From Mytilus californianus (lineage: Eukaryota), in contig NW_026262581.1 in the NCBI RefSeq assembly GCF_021869535.1, forward strand, positions 103,664,001 to 103,728,000: a DNA stretch of 64,000 nt, written 5' to 3'. Position numbers and translations under genes: made by a program. Each line of letters opens with the position of its first letter. The stretch's first letter is position 1. A model generated the notes under the pieces. That model worked only from the letters and a program-made list of their open reading frames with translations, did no database searches and was not told the DNA's origin. Shown here one piece after another: positions 24,347-37,671 of the stretch.

Positions 24347-25569
24347 TTTTTTAAAAACAAAGGATAGACAAGACTGTCAACACAACACACTTCTATTGTT
24401 CTAGTGTGTCCAAAATAAGAGTCATCAACATATTATAACATTGCAAAAAGCGGGTTTATCTATAGAAACACAAGTCATAATCTTATGTATAATTTGTCCA
24501 TTGACAATATCTTAACATTGCAAATTTTCTGTACGAACTCAATACTTTAATTGACTTTTGTCGCTCAGACTTTATGTTGCTTAAAATTAAAGGCAACAGT
24601 AGTTTACCGATATAAAAATATCTGCAATCTATTAAATCTATTAAAATATAAAAATTAAGGTCAAAAACAAAAACTGAGATAAATTGCATGAACTCTAAAA
24701 GGAGCGAGATCGGGTGTGTCGACTGTGTCGACCGTGTAAGATCTTATGCTATACAAGCATTCGCATACTGAGTTTAAATGTCGCAATTTGGAATATTAAG
24801 CGATCGGTAAATTTTACAGATCAAACGACTGTTCTAAATACCCAAGACCGCAAAAACATATCGCTAGTGCGTTGAGACGCAGACACATTTAATCGCTCAA
24901 CCACTATTCGTGATAGTGACCGTAATACTTATGTATTGTAAATTTCAGTCGTTTTTCCTCATATCTCTGTTGGGGCAGTTTTTGTATCATAGGAATAGTG
25001 TTAATAAAGTTCGTATAGTGTGAACATGCACAAGTGTAACGTATTAATTGAGATATGAAAAGGCCATAGAATGGACCAGAGGGTATGTTACTGCGTAGAA
25101 ATGAAAATTTGATAATTGGGATTTTAAATCGACACGTTTTTCTTAGATGCTTGTTTGATGTCGTCTATCTATGTCAACATCGAATACAGATCAGACCTTC
25201 TATTTTGGTAATATCCTTAATCTCAAATTCACTGGGATATATGAGATGCAAGTACCACTAAAATGTAGATTATTAAGTGAAAGGACATTATCAATATATC
25301 TGAAAGTGAAATTAAAAAACTTTGCAAGGTTAATTTTCTGTTTGTCTTTGAAAAGGATCTAAATGAGTTCTGCCTTATATGATAACAAAACCAGGTCGTC
25401 ATGTAGGGGTGCACATTGGAATATCGACTGTCTGATGAAATATCAATCACCAAACTCAACAAATACATTGTCGTTCAAAAAGTCAAGAATTTTTATTATA
25501 TTATCTTCGGTTTATTTTTTTGTTTTAAACAGTGTGGTTCTTCCCAAAGTAAGATTTTTGCCAGGAATA

Positions 25570-25752
25570 TGACAAATAGTCCGTTTCTATGTATGTTGGC
25601 GTTTGTTTTTGTAGCAGTTCAGTGTTTATGTTGTTCCGTTGTTTCCTCTTATAGTTGATGTGTTTCCCTCGGTTTTGGTTTGTGACCCGGATTTGTTTCA
25701 GTTAAATCGATTTATGACTATTGAACAGGTTATACTACTGTTGCCTTTATTT
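25570..25752. repeat. Dispersed repeat family B copy (class unknown)
   Basis: GTTGTTCCGTTGTTTCCTCTTATAGTTGATGTGTTTCCCTCGG...AATCGATTTATGACTATTGAACAGGTTATACTACTGTTGCCTTTATTT. Confidence 0.6.
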
Positions 25753-25954
25753 TTCATGAACTAAAACAAGAAATTTGTATCTACGATTCTTTTTTTATGG
25801 TTTGTAGAAAAGGCTCAGTTAATGACAGGATGTAGTCGATCTTTTAATTGATCACGGGAAATAGAAGTAGAAAAACAGAAAGTTTTGACATTGCTTTCAA
25901 ATTGTTAAGATCATGATTGGAGATTCGAGAAAAGATCTTTAGGATTTAAAAGAA

Positions 25955-26640
25955 TCAACTTCTGATTGACACCACTGGTTGAATATACATCATCTTTACT
26001 GTAGAAAGAATTGTAGTAAGAACTTTAGAAAGATGTTTAGTCTGTATATAGTTCTTTATAAGGATCGTTGTGAATTTTTTGTATTCAGTATAATGACGGT
26101 GATTTTCGTCGTCCTTTTTCATGTTAAATCCAGAAAGACTGATTTGTGATTTTCTAAAAAAATTTTCTCCGTGAATGATTTTTAATACGCTTATATTATT
26201 TGACGAAATAGCTTCGATGTATTCAAATAACGTGTCCATTTTTTTTTGTTCATCTAGCTCGTGCTTTATATATTTTCTGGCATGGTCCGCAACTTCTTCA
26301 ATTAGTTTCTAGCACTTGAAGTTCTTTGTCTAGTTGATAGGCTAGGAAATTCGATTTTTCGGGCCTTTGGCTAACTTCTCTCTAAGATTTTCTGTGTATA
26401 CAAACCAAGGTCCCAAGTAATGACATGACCATCGGGACTATATTTGTATGGGGACGATGGACAAGAGCAATCGAGAGGTTTCACAACAGTGAGTGTAAAG
26501 GTCTCTGATACGCGATTGTGGTTAGAAATCTTAGATGCAATAGGTATGGTGTAAGTATTAGTTTATGAAACGACATATAAAAATGAATCTGACATAAAAA
26601 AAAATCCTCGTGTGGTGTTGACTGAAATGCTACATTTTCT
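25955..26640 (-). pseudogene. Degraded Naiad-type linker/pre-RT fragment
   Basis: TKHLSKVLTTILSTVK in ORF 25955..26239; PYKYSPDGHVITWDL and LREKLAKGPK in neighbouring frames. Confidence 0.7.
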
Positions 26641-26759
26641 CGACTGCATATAAGGTGCAATAACCTAAGATGAAAAAAAAAAAACACAATCTGACCATGT
26701 CATACTTGTTATCGCTTGATACAATTGATATAACAGATCTATAAATTACGTCATACATT

Positions 26760-27300
26760 ACACTTATTTGTGCCTTGGGGTCCTTTTCCAATACTTTAAA
26801 TGGGATAGTCGCAGCTTTTCAAATTCATTCAATGTTGTAGACATTGCAAGGGTAATTGGTGATTCGTTTGACACTAAGTCTTTAAGGCTAGAAACACGTG
26901 TGTTCATGTTACACCGTAGTTTTCCTATGCACCTCGGAATGCATGACCGCAATGAATAGCTACAATTCATTCAAAAAAAGTGGCAAGTTTGTCAAGTTTA
27001 GGTTCATCTTGATCGCGCTTAACCCCTTTCATGGAAAAGTCCTGTACCCATCAGTAACCTGGAGTCCTCCAGTTGTTTGACTGGAAATTCGATATTTCGG
27101 ACCTTTGGTTATCTAAGTTGTTTATTGTTTATGATGCCATTCCCAGTTACAACAATTTCAGTATTGCATGGGAGTGAAGAATAAGAACAACCGGGAAGTT
27201 TGAAGTAAACACCCTTCAGTGTAAAGTCTCTAAATACCTCTTGTGGTTAAAAATCTTGGGTGCAATAGAGTTGGTTTAGTTTTATTTTGAAATAACCAGG
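26760..27300 (-). pseudogene. Second degraded Naiad-type linker fragment
   Basis: SCIPRCIGKLRCNMNTRVS (ORF 26764..26970) matches SCIQKRIQKLRCAMNTRVS (13679 ORF). KGPKYR-like codons occur near 27100. Confidence 0.7.
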
Positions 27301-27522
27301 CACTGTTTTCTGTACATTTTTTTTTGGAGGGGAATATTGCTGTTAATTGGGAACCATAACAAACCTTATAAGCGAATTCTACTTGAATAAAAAATTACGT
27401 TTTTCATCTCTTTGGAATTAGTTTCCACGGGTTTGAACAGCCTGTGGTTAGTTATGCTCATAATTATTGCAACCAGTCTGTACTAAGAATTTGAATCACT
27501 AACGGAAGTATCTTTTGTCTCT

Positions 27523-28582
27523 AACCAAGAGTTCCAAGTAGTGAAGTTGAAATCATCCCTTCGTAAATTTCATGAGTTGACATCATGAGTTGGTTGACCG
27601 TTATGGAATATCCGTTCCAATTATCGTAACTACAATCCCATCCCCTTTTCCCCGAATGTGATCTACGGAATTAGACTTATCACCAGGTTTGTACTAACAT
27701 GAGGTAGCACTCCACAGTTAGAAAATAAAATTTAAAATTGAACCACAAAATGTTAAATCATCTTCTATTCCTGGCTTTCTAATACATTGAGCCAACTGTT
27801 TGTATCATACATGTACATATGTATGTAATCAGTATCTTCCAAAGATTTAATTTTCAAGAGTTGAAATGGTGAAAAATACATCCTTTTTGTGTGTATCCAT
27901 TGCAACATTCTGCATTTATTTCAAAACAATATTGCAAAAAGGGGCATGAAAATGTCACATATTCCCCAAAATTTGGTTTAAACTAGAATTTCAATGCCTA
28001 TGAGTGATACATTTCCTGAAACTGTGACATTAACCAAATGATCAAATAAAAATTGGGTGTCTTTCGCCTCATTTTTTCGTAAAATTTAATCACAAAGTTC
28101 GTGCGACAAAAAGTTAGAAAAAAAACAATGCAATAATTGCCGGACCGATGTCTGGTATGGATATGAAAATACGGACTGTCATACAGAAAACAGCCCAAAA
28201 TACATGCATTACACAATCTAGATGTTCGTATAAACCCACTATGAAGGCTATATTAATCTTCAGCTATCCAAAAATGAATTTTATTGCACACTAGCTCTCA
28301 TATTTGAAAAATCAACAGGGGCCAAAATGCGAAAAAAAAACACCTAACTGTGGAGTGCTACCTGAGCAAAACGACAGGATCTGCTTACCCTTCCAGAGCA
28401 CCTGAGATCACCCCCAGTTTTTGGTAGGGTTCCTGTTGCTCAGTCTTAAGTTTTCTGTGTTTTCTATGTTGTATTTATGTCTGTTAGTCTTTTTCTTTTC
28501 TTTTTTTTTTTGCCATGGCGTTGTCAGTTTATTTTCGACTTATGAGTTTGAATGTCCCTTTGGTATCTTTCGCCTCTATTTT
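27523..28582 (+). mobile_element. Penelope-like 3' end (C-terminal coding remnant plus terminus) split by a MITE
   Basis: AACCAAGAGTTCCAAGTAGTGAAGTTGAAATCATCCCTTCGTAAA...CTAACATGA (to 27702) resumes as TGAGCAAAAC...GGATCTGCTTACCCTTCC at 28363. Confidence 0.85.
27703..28362. mobile_element. 660-bp MITE, PIF/Harbinger-like
   Basis: Perfect 19-bp TIR GGTAGCACTCCACAGTTAG; 3-bp TSD TGA (27700-27702, 28363-28365). 3-bp TSDs with G-rich ends fit PIF/Harbinger, though TWA is the usual target. Confidence 0.85.
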
Positions 28583-28679
28583 AAAAGAGAGAAGTATATA
28601 TAAGCTTTGATAATGGTTTGGAAAACAGTTTAGTACGAACATGGTGAATACCCAAAGTTTATCGAACAGCGGATAATAA

Positions 28680-29205
28680 ATCATTCCTTGAAACGTTGTG
28701 AACTGCAGGTGGTGAATGGTGAATATTTGCAATGACTGTCTATCGTACTGTGTTTTAATAATTCTAATTTGTAGAAATCGCTACACCAGAGACTAGACAA
28801 AATACCCACACCATCAATTCTGCATCCGTAAAAATTTTCTCGTTGTAAGCGATATGTTGTACTTAATATGGATTCATAAGTTGAATGATTAATGTTCTCT
28901 ACAGTCATGACGTTTATAGAAACAATGGAATGGTTAGGGTGGTTAAAGTGTTTATAGAGACATTTATGACATAAGACCGGTAACCATCCATTCATTCGTT
29001 AAGTCTTTGTCGTGTTTCACCGAAATAGATCAACAGACAAAGAGAATATGCAATATCGTAAACAGTATTAGAGGTAGTATAATCAGATCCTCGTGACTAC
29101 GTGTATCGTAACATGTGATGGTCAAGTTACTTTGAAAACAGGTATCAGTAATTAGAATACCACAGGTTTTACAGCATTTACGATTATGTTTAGAAATAAA
29201 AGAAT
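28680..29205 (-). pseudogene. Naiad-type 5' coding fragment: Cys-rich N-terminus and GIY-YIG domain
   Basis: KCCKTCGILITDTCFQSNLT, TSNTVYDIAYSLCLLIYFGETRQRLN, HFNHPNHSIVS, YRLQRE, GCRIDGVGILSS, collinear with ORF 12530..13147. Confidence 0.85.
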
Positions 29206-29206
29206 G

Positions 29207-29790
29207 CTGCAATAACATTAAGCATTTCAATTTTATTGTACCAGATGCGCATTTCGACAATAATTTCTCATCAGTGATAATCAAGGCAAAAATATTTAAA
29301 GTCTTAAACTAATGCAAACGTTGAAAAGCTGATAAAACAAAAAAGGACCAAAAGTAAAGCCAAACCCGTAGAAGGAATCCGAGTTATGCAGGAGGGAGAT
29401 ACATTCCTTAATTTAAAATGATTTTGATTTTTTTATAGCAGTAAACTTAAATGGAACAATATTCGTATGTTATGCTAGTGTCAAAGTACTGGCTACTGTG
29501 CTAGTGATACCCTCGGGAACTAACTGTCCATAAGCAAAGGTATCGACCCAATGGTAGTAATAACATTAACGATACCAATTTTATAACACCAATTGTGAGC
29601 ATTTCGACAATTAATGTCCCTTCACCGAGGGGATATTAATTACTACTGAATTAGTGATGCGCAGGGCCATACTATTTGAGAAAGTCCAAAACTAAAATAA
29701 ACGTTGAAGAGCTGATCAACCTTAAAGGACAAAAGTTAAACCAGACCCGGACATAAAATCAGAGCTATGCATAAGGGAATAAAATTACTT
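29207..29790 (-). mobile_element. Retrozyme family 2: ~1.6 tandem units (period ~350 nt)
   Basis: GCATTTCGACAAT recurs at 29249 and 29599; AAACGTTGAA.AGCTGAT recurs at ~29316 and ~29699. Body (CCCGAGGGTATCACTAGCACAGTAGCCAGTAC, GGGTCGAT) is related to family 1. Confidence 0.8.
29239..29279 (-). ncRNA. Type I hammerhead ribozyme (family 2), core intact, weak stem II
   Basis: UAUCA-CUGAUGA-GA(AAUUAUUG)UC-GAAA-U(GCGC)AUC-UGGUA. Palindromic AUGCGCAU stem III, AUC cleavage triplet. Confidence 0.75.
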
Positions 29791-32095
29791 CATTTAAAAC
29801 TATTTCGAATTTTATAACAGCAAATTTAAACAGAACAATATCCGTCTTGTCATGCCAGTACAGAAAGTACTGCAAGTTTTCAAGGCCGTATATAAACAAA
29901 CTTGTCTGACTTTTTGTTGTACAATGAGGAATCTGAAGTCTGAACAACGTCGTATTCATGACACCTTTCAACATGCTCATTCGGAAACCTTTACTTTTCT
30001 GAGTTGTTACATGTCCTTGACAACATCAGCTTCACACCTTTTGACATCCAGTTTATTTGTTCTGTGTCTACTTTTTGGCATGCTATTAAGCTTCCGGGAT
30101 AGTAGAATCTTCGGAGACAGGATTATCCACCAGTAGAGATTCCGACCCGATGGTGATAAATTAAAGGTGTCAGACGTTTACCGATATTTACATCCCATAA
30201 GTTCCATAAATCCAATTAACATTATCAATGAAAGATCTGAAAACAGCGCCAGGATAAACTTTAATAGGAAATGCATGCAGATTCGATATGAATAATAGAA
30301 GATGTAGCAAATTTTTAAACAAGCAGCTCTTCCGGACTTCTATGAAAATGTTTAGGAATTAAATGCATGCGATGGTCATTTCTTTAATACAAAGCAAACA
30401 TCCAAATATATTCGCTTGCAGGACTAGCTCCATAACACAGGTATCAAGTATATGCACACATCTGAATGTCGTCATAGTAGAGCATGAACAACTGCTCACC
30501 CTTCTTGAGCACCTGAGTTTTATCGGGTTTTATGCTATGGTCTCAATTTTTATGTTTTGTAGAAATTTGTGAACTTTTTTTTGTCATTTCAGCTATTCTC
30601 TTGTTGGTCTCTCCTTCTTGACCTATGATGTGTATTCTCCCCTTGATATATTCTTACTTTTTCATATATGTGCAGTCTAATCTCTAATGTAGAAGTCTGT
30701 CATAAAAAATATTATATAGTATATTTATTTGGGCTAACGATTTTTTTATTATACTTCAAACAATCGAATATGGTCGATATCTGCTGTAACAAATACACCC
30801 GATAGCAACGAACATTACACATAAAATATATCTGTACTGTTTAAACCTGTCCGCTGGACAATGAACGCCCATCAAATACCAAAACTTCGATCTAAAGACC
30901 CAAACAATGAGTTACTAGTCTGAGTAATAATGATAACATTTCATTCGTATTTTGAAATTAGAAACCAACAATCTACAGGAAAATAAAATACCTAAAATCA
31001 ATTTCACAATTTTTTGTTCAAACAACAGAATATATTGATGAAATCGGATAAAAGCCCAAGTAAAGTGCATTGATATATTAACAAAATTGAAAGAAATATT
31101 GAATAATCAATCGTTTTTCTCAACAAAAGAAACGTTTATATTTGTTCCCATTCAGAAATAATTTGAAATGTTTGGATATTTTCAAAGATATTTTTTAACT
31201 GTAAATTGTATATATTGAAAAGCACTGTTCCTGAAAATAGATTGAAAATGTATTTATCATTTGCAAATGTTGATTCCGGCAATATTCCTTTGAAAATAAT
31301 TCGCATCGCACTATAACATTATAGCAACTATCAGTTGTTCATTCTGCTAACATTACCTACAGTAGATGCTCCTAGGCCCATAAACTGTTTATTCTTTATG
31401 CATAAATATTTCCAACCAGACAAAGTATGCCCCCGTGAAACCTTTGGGCATGTTGTATTCTAATGAATGAACACTTATCGATGTTTGACCTGCAATTATA
31501 TATCTTGTGTCTTTGAGACACATTTGCTGCCCTGAATTTTACAAGATATGCATAGAAGAAACGGTTAATTTTGGCTGTTTCGATTTAACTGAACCATCCT
31601 GACAATATATCAGAACTAATTTGTCTCATCTTCGGTTCACCTTTGGAATAATCTTCCCTATCAGAGAGTCGCCATCATACAGTATTTTTCAGTCGAAATT
31701 ATAAAAATCCTACAATTAAGAAATGGAATCGAATGCACCACTTTATTTTTAAACTAAATTAAGAATTTCTAATTTTTTACATTCACTTTTAATGCAAAAT
31801 TACAATATTTTAGTTTGGAATGTTATCTCACAGACTGCTGTTATGGTGGATGTGGCAGATATGTTGAAAACGCAGATCGCTTCGTCTCAAGTTGTCGTTT
31901 GTTCATACAACATAAAACTCAACTCTCGCAAACCTTCAACGATCTTTAATTAAATTTATCGAATTTAACATTAACAATAGTTTTTGGATGTTACAGATGG
32001 GAATAAGATATACTAACAATTTGGCAAAATAAAATGTAATCTTATATTACTAAACGAGAAGACCTGTTTTTTAATGTCGCTTCTCCGTCTTTCAG

Positions 32096-32369
32096 ATCAA
32101 TTAACATGGCTCTCTACGATAAAGGTATGATGTAATTTGTATTGTGTTATCATCCCTAATGATTGTTCATTTTGAGTTTGTTGGTGATTAATTCGGAAAA
32201 CAAAATGATTCCTGATGACTTTGCCGTCATGACCATCGGTTCGGATTTTATGTCTACACGTTATAGACGTGTATCTATAACTGATGAAAATTCTCAACGG
32301 CTAAGTTTTTGTCCACTTCTAGTTGGATTGAAAGCTTGTCCCGGTCGTTTTATTCTGGAGAATGCCCAG
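32096..32369 (+). other. Candidate pair of small spliced exons (32096-32124, 32323-32369), unidentified
   Basis: Polypyrimidine-AG acceptors and GTATGA donors; phases join as MALYDK-V-GLKACPGRFILENAQ with AACATGG start context. No recognised homology. Confidence 0.25.
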
Positions 32370-34089
32370 GTATGAAACTGCTTTGGAAGTTAAATACCAA
32401 ATTTCCTACTCATCGGCACAAGCGAGATGGCACGATTCCCTATTTCCTCGCATTACCCTACGACAAAGTCCTTGTCCAACGATGATAAGATTGAAAGATA
32501 TTTAACTCACATGAACGCCTGGATGGGATACTGCACCGCTGGCTAGCGTAAGATTTTAACTACGAGTGTTTCACAAAGTTGATCGTTAACGTAACGTAAA
32601 CTTACGATTACAAAGAAAAAAGGGTGCTTTCGTTGACATCCGCGTTAATGTCTAAAAAAATAATCTTTCTTTCAAAAACCGGAAGAAAATTTATATCACA
32701 GACTATTTTCAGCTCAGTTTTCAAAATCGTATATTGAAACGTTCATCAATTTTTTCTTCTTTTTTTTTAAAAGATTTCGTTAGGTAAGTGTCCAGTCTAG
32801 TTTTTAAGATATTTGCTTGTTTTGGTTTTATTAGAAAAATTGGCTAGAGTTGGGTTTTTTTTTTTGCTAGCTGGGTCTGTTTTTTTATATTGTTGAAGAA
32901 TGACGAAATCATAAAAAATAGACAAATGCATAAGGACTTCGGCATTTATTGAATCCAAATCAAAATGAATTTCATAATTGTTTACATGAAATTATACGTA
33001 TCTTCAAATGTTAATTATGAACTACATGTAGTATAAAATTCATTAAGCATCATGATCTTTTTAGCGGGTCTAGGGTTTTTAGAAGAGAGACCCACCGGCA
33101 AAACAACGTTGGGCGTTGCACCTTTAAAAAGTCTATGCATAAACATATGTGTAGCTCTATAAGGGGGCGCCCATCCCCAGCCCACAACCTACCCAAATCC
33201 GCCTCTGAGATTTACTTCAAAGGGACACTACATTGGAACTTACTATACAACAAATATTTCACTATAAACGCCTAAAACTACATTCCAAGCTCCCGTTAAA
33301 AAGCCATATGTTTATTTCATATTGTAAAATACTATGCATTTGCTACGGTTTCATCCAAAAATATACTGGTCATCACTGGAGATTTAAACAAAATTTTAAA
33401 GCATAAATGTCTACATATTTTATTTTTTTGGGGTGTCTGGGGGTTGTCGTTTCCCAAAATTTTGAATTCATATGAATGACGATAATCAATTTGAAATTAT
33501 TGAATAGTGTATCTATAAAGGGAGTATCTAAAATCCCGCTGGTGCACATATCCAGACCCCCTTTGCCTCCATTTCTTTAGGAGTCAGGCGCGTAGCTACG
33601 TTCACGTCAAAACACCCGGGCGTACATATGAATTTAGGAGGAAAATAATTTAATTTAGATAAATAAAAGAACTGGTTAAAAGCACACGAGTCTTGTCATT
33701 CTTTTTTCAAAAAAGTTGTAGTTGAAGATAAAAGTGACGAAACTTAATTTTTAATCAAATGGTATCATATTATATACTTGTTTATTTTCTGTCAATGTCG
33801 AAATCTTCTGTAAATTCTACTCAGTTTCTTGTTGTTTGAAGCAATTCAGTATCTGCTGAAATCCGATATATGTGGTTTGTATTTTAGTCGAGCCTGCGAC
33901 AACTTTGTCGCAAAAACGAGACTTGCAATCTTAGATTCTGTCGGAGTCGGCAGCATCAACATTTAGGTTCAGTCTGTGGTTAAAGTTTTTTTTAAACATC
34001 AATAACTTTGTCAAACCTTCATGGAATTTTTCGGAAGTTGGACAGAAGCTTTTTAAGACCAAATTAAAGCTAGTATTCAGAGAAAAATT

Positions 34090-34692
34090 TTGAAAATATT
34101 TCTTTTTATTTTACTGATAAATAGACTTAAGTTTTACAGACATTATTCATATACATCTAAAACGGTTATTTATATATGTTTTAATCTATGGCATAACATC
34201 AATAAAACCTTGGAAAATCGTCAGAATACGTGCTTGTCATTATATCTAAATTTACCTGTGTATGTCATTTTATTTAACGCCATTTTGTCCAAGGTTATAG
34301 TTGTCTTTTTGACATTGTGTCATAGATCAAATGTATTCGTTCAGTTTATGTTTACTTGTTTTTGTTAATATGTCTTTTTTGCCTGTTTAAACGTTTAAAC
34401 CCGCTGCATTTGTTTGCACCTGTCCTAAGTCAAGAACCTGTTTCAGTGGTTGTCGTTTGTTGATGAGTGTTTCTCGTTTCTCGTTTTTTATATAGATTAG
34501 ACCGTTGGTGCTCCTGTTTGAATTGTTTTACACTAGTCATTTTGGGGCCCTTTAAAGCTTGCTGTTCGGTGTGAGCCAAGGCTCCGTGTTGAAGGCCGTA
34601 CTTTTACCTATAATTGTTTACTTTTTACACATTGTGACTTGGATGGAGAGTTGTCTCATTGGTACTCGTACCACATCTTCTTATTTCTATTG
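34090..34692 (-). repeat. Dispersed repeat family A copy (abundant non-coding interspersed repeat, class unresolved)
   Basis: Reverse complement of the 55935-56310 sequence (AAGAAGATGTGGTA.GAGT.CCAATGAGACAACTCTCCATCCAAGTCAC...). Strand is given relative to that copy. Confidence 0.85.
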
Positions 34693-36047
34693 TCTGTCTA
34701 TTTGTATTTATGTTTTATGATCAATGACAGTCTTCGAAGGTCATCTCGATGGTTCATTAGGGAGCTACCATTTGATTTTTATGGGGCTAGGATGAAATTT
34801 CAAAAAAGGCAGGACAGGAGTTTTGAGTAAAAAATATTAGGCAGGATGAGCAACTTTGCAAAAAAAAACAAAAAAAAAACAGGCAGGATGACAATTTATG
34901 TAAAAAAAGTCAGGATAAAAAAGCTGTTACATCATAACGAGTCCATGCAGTGTTAATTGAATTTGTTTCTTTTGGTTTTTTGTAATTTGGATATACGTTT
35001 AAGTATGTCATAAATCAAATATGGGAATTTAAGTCAAATCGGTGATCATCAATTTGAAAGCTAATGCCCCTTTACTCAAAGATATGCGATGATATTTGTA
35101 CATGATTGTTTAATTTTCTATTCGAACATAATTGATATAATCTTGAGACATTGGTATAGCCATTTTATGGTGGTATTTAGTTCATCTATATATATTGTAT
35201 ATGATCTAACATCTAAACGCTGATTATTTCAATAATTGTTTGTTGCTTGCAATAGGTTTTTTTTTATGGTTATTATAATCTCTCTTCCTACAATTGAAAT
35301 ACACATTAATAAAAGAAACACTTTTATTATTTTAAACAGTTAACCATTATTGTCACCAAACATGCAATTTGTTACAATATACACCAATATTAATTTCACA
35401 ACAAAAGTAACCGTAAACTTTTTTTAACTTGATATGGGCTGAATTCAATCACAACCTCGTCTAGACTTGTTGCGTATTTTTACTTTCAGATATCTATTTT
35501 GGTTTCATGGTATTGTTTGTCTTTTGTCTCATTGGTTTGTACCCCATTTCTCTTTTTATTCGTCATTGGTGAGTTTTTTTTTTTCTTTTAGTATATTTTT
35601 CAGACATCATGTTTAACTAGCTCTGTAATCTACTAACATTTACCTGTAATGCCATTAAAAAAAACACTTTTTAATCTTTTAAAAACCTTACAATGAGCTC
35701 ATTTCATTTTCAGTAATAAAAAAAATGCAACAATTCTAGCAACCGAATCCATATCGTCTAAAAGGATAATTAAGAAAATATAAAGTTATATGCTTCCTAC
35801 ATTTTCACAACAATAGGATCAATATGCTTTTAAGTGGCAACTATGTATTTTCTGATGAAGGTCTGTGGTTTTGTAAATAAAAGAAGATGTAGTATGTACG
35901 TCTATTAGACAGCCACCCAACAACACAAAAAATTTACCACAGGGAGATCAACATACGGTCTTCAACACTAAACATGTGTCTATACAATATATCAAGCACT
36001 AAATTCTCCCAAGTCCTAAATATAAAAACTCATCAAAGACTAATAAC

Positions 36048-36185
36048 TTGGTACGCCAGACACGCGTTACGTCTACACAAGACTCGTCAATCCAACGGCA
36101 CTCAATTCAAAACAGTTGCAAAAAAAAAACAAATATAACGACGATGAAGAGCATTAGTAACCGAAAATTCCAAACAGTTGTGTGA
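36048..36185 (-). mobile_element. Retrozyme family 1 remnant, hammerhead core mutated
   Basis: ACGCCAGACACGCGTTACGTCTACACAAGACTCGTCAA...GAAGAGCATT...AAATTCC. Core reads TTGACGAG...GTAAC on minus. Confidence 0.65.
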
Positions 36186-36599
36186 AATAAACTAAAAAAT
36201 ATCGCCCATTAACACAAAATTCCCCGAACGACAAAAAACATTGACTTGAGACAGTCACATTAACTTGTGGCAGAGTACTTTTTTTTTATCAAAGTCAACC
36301 CTTCCCTTTTGAAATTAATATTGGTCAGTGGACTAACAAATGTACATGAAACTTTGAAAGAACATACAATAAAAATCAGCAAAGGAAAAGCACTCAATTC
36401 TATAATGACGATATAACAGCAAAGACAAACACAGTTACAGACAAAACAATGATAAACAATACCATATGAAAGTTCAAAGTTCTTCGTTCGCTGATATGAT
36501 ATCATGCCGTCCTACACTCACTGTTTGTTTTTATTATCATGTTTTTATCTGTCGCCTGATTTTAAAGGTTAATATCAAACCGGCTTGAAATGTACAAAA

Positions 36600-37565
36600 C
36601 CAAATAAACAAAAATAAATACACACATTTGTGTTTTAGTTTATTTTAGTCTCTGATGCATGATTTTTTATTATTAATTGTTTTTGGCTTTTAACTAGCTG
36701 TCAGTAACTGCGAGTACTCTCAAATCGTACTTTCTTGTTTATTTGACCTGTTGAAACTAATGGTAATGCTTTTTTCTTATTTAATGTTATTCAGGGTTAT
36801 ATCTGGTTTATATACCAGCTTTGATAAGTGTTTGGTATTACTACAAATTTTCATTTCTTCGTACTATGAACATCAAAATTATTTATTTTATAAAAATAAT
36901 TCCTTTCTCCATTTGAACTGTACACAAATACCTAACAACAAAATTATTTTTATTTACCTGTGTTTAAAGTAATTGCAAATGGATGATATTTTTGTTCAAG
37001 CATATTGTTTTTCTTATATTGTTTAACATTTCACAGCGGTATAATATGTTACTTTAATTATTCTTCCCTTAGTTTATTTATTTTGTATTTACATTGTATC
37101 ATAGATCAAATTTATTTGTTCAGTGTATGTTCACTGATGTTAATATGTCTTTTGATTGATTTAAGCCATTTCAATTGATATTTTATAGTGTGTCTTTCTA
37201 TGTTGTGATGTTACACTATTGTTTCAGATAAGGGTGAAGGTTTGGTATCATTAAAACGTTTAAACCCGCTGCAATTGTTTGCACCTGTCCTAAGTCAGGA
37301 ATCTGATTTTCATTAGTTTTCGTTTGTTGATGTGGTTCATAAGTATTTCTCGTTTCTCGTTTTTTATATAGATTAGACCGTTGGTTTTCCCGTTTGAATG
37401 GTTTTACACTAGTAATCTTTGGGGCCCTTTATAGCTTGCTGTTCGGTGTGAGCCAAGGCTCCGTGTTGAAGACCGTACTTTGACCTATAATGGTTTACTT
37501 TTATGAATTTTGACTTGAATGGAGAGTTGTCTCATTGGCACTCATACCACATCTACTTATACCTA
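36600..37565 (-). repeat. Long copy of dispersed repeat family A (~1 kb)
   Basis: 37180-37565 matches 55935-56310 in reverse. 36640-36960 matches 42568-42880 in reverse (GAGAGTACTCGCAGTTACTGACAGCTAGTT). Confidence 0.85.
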
Positions 37566-37641
37566 GAAATAAGTAAATAAATGAATAATTTGTCCCGACA
37601 AGAACAACTTAAAATAAAAAAAAGACGATATTACGTGTTGC

Positions 37642-37671
37642 CAGAGACATTTATATATATATATGTCTCTG
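37642..37671. repeat. 30-bp palindromic micro-insertion with (TA)n core, flanked by direct repeats
   Basis: GTGTTGC-CAGAGACAT(TTATATATATAT)ATGTCTCTG-GTGTTGC. The direct repeat can be read as 7-9 bp. Confidence 0.75.

Noticed and set aside
32323-32369. GLKACPGRF as a cytochrome P450 heme-binding motif
   Set aside because: It lacks the upstream FxxG and no other P450 exons are visible.
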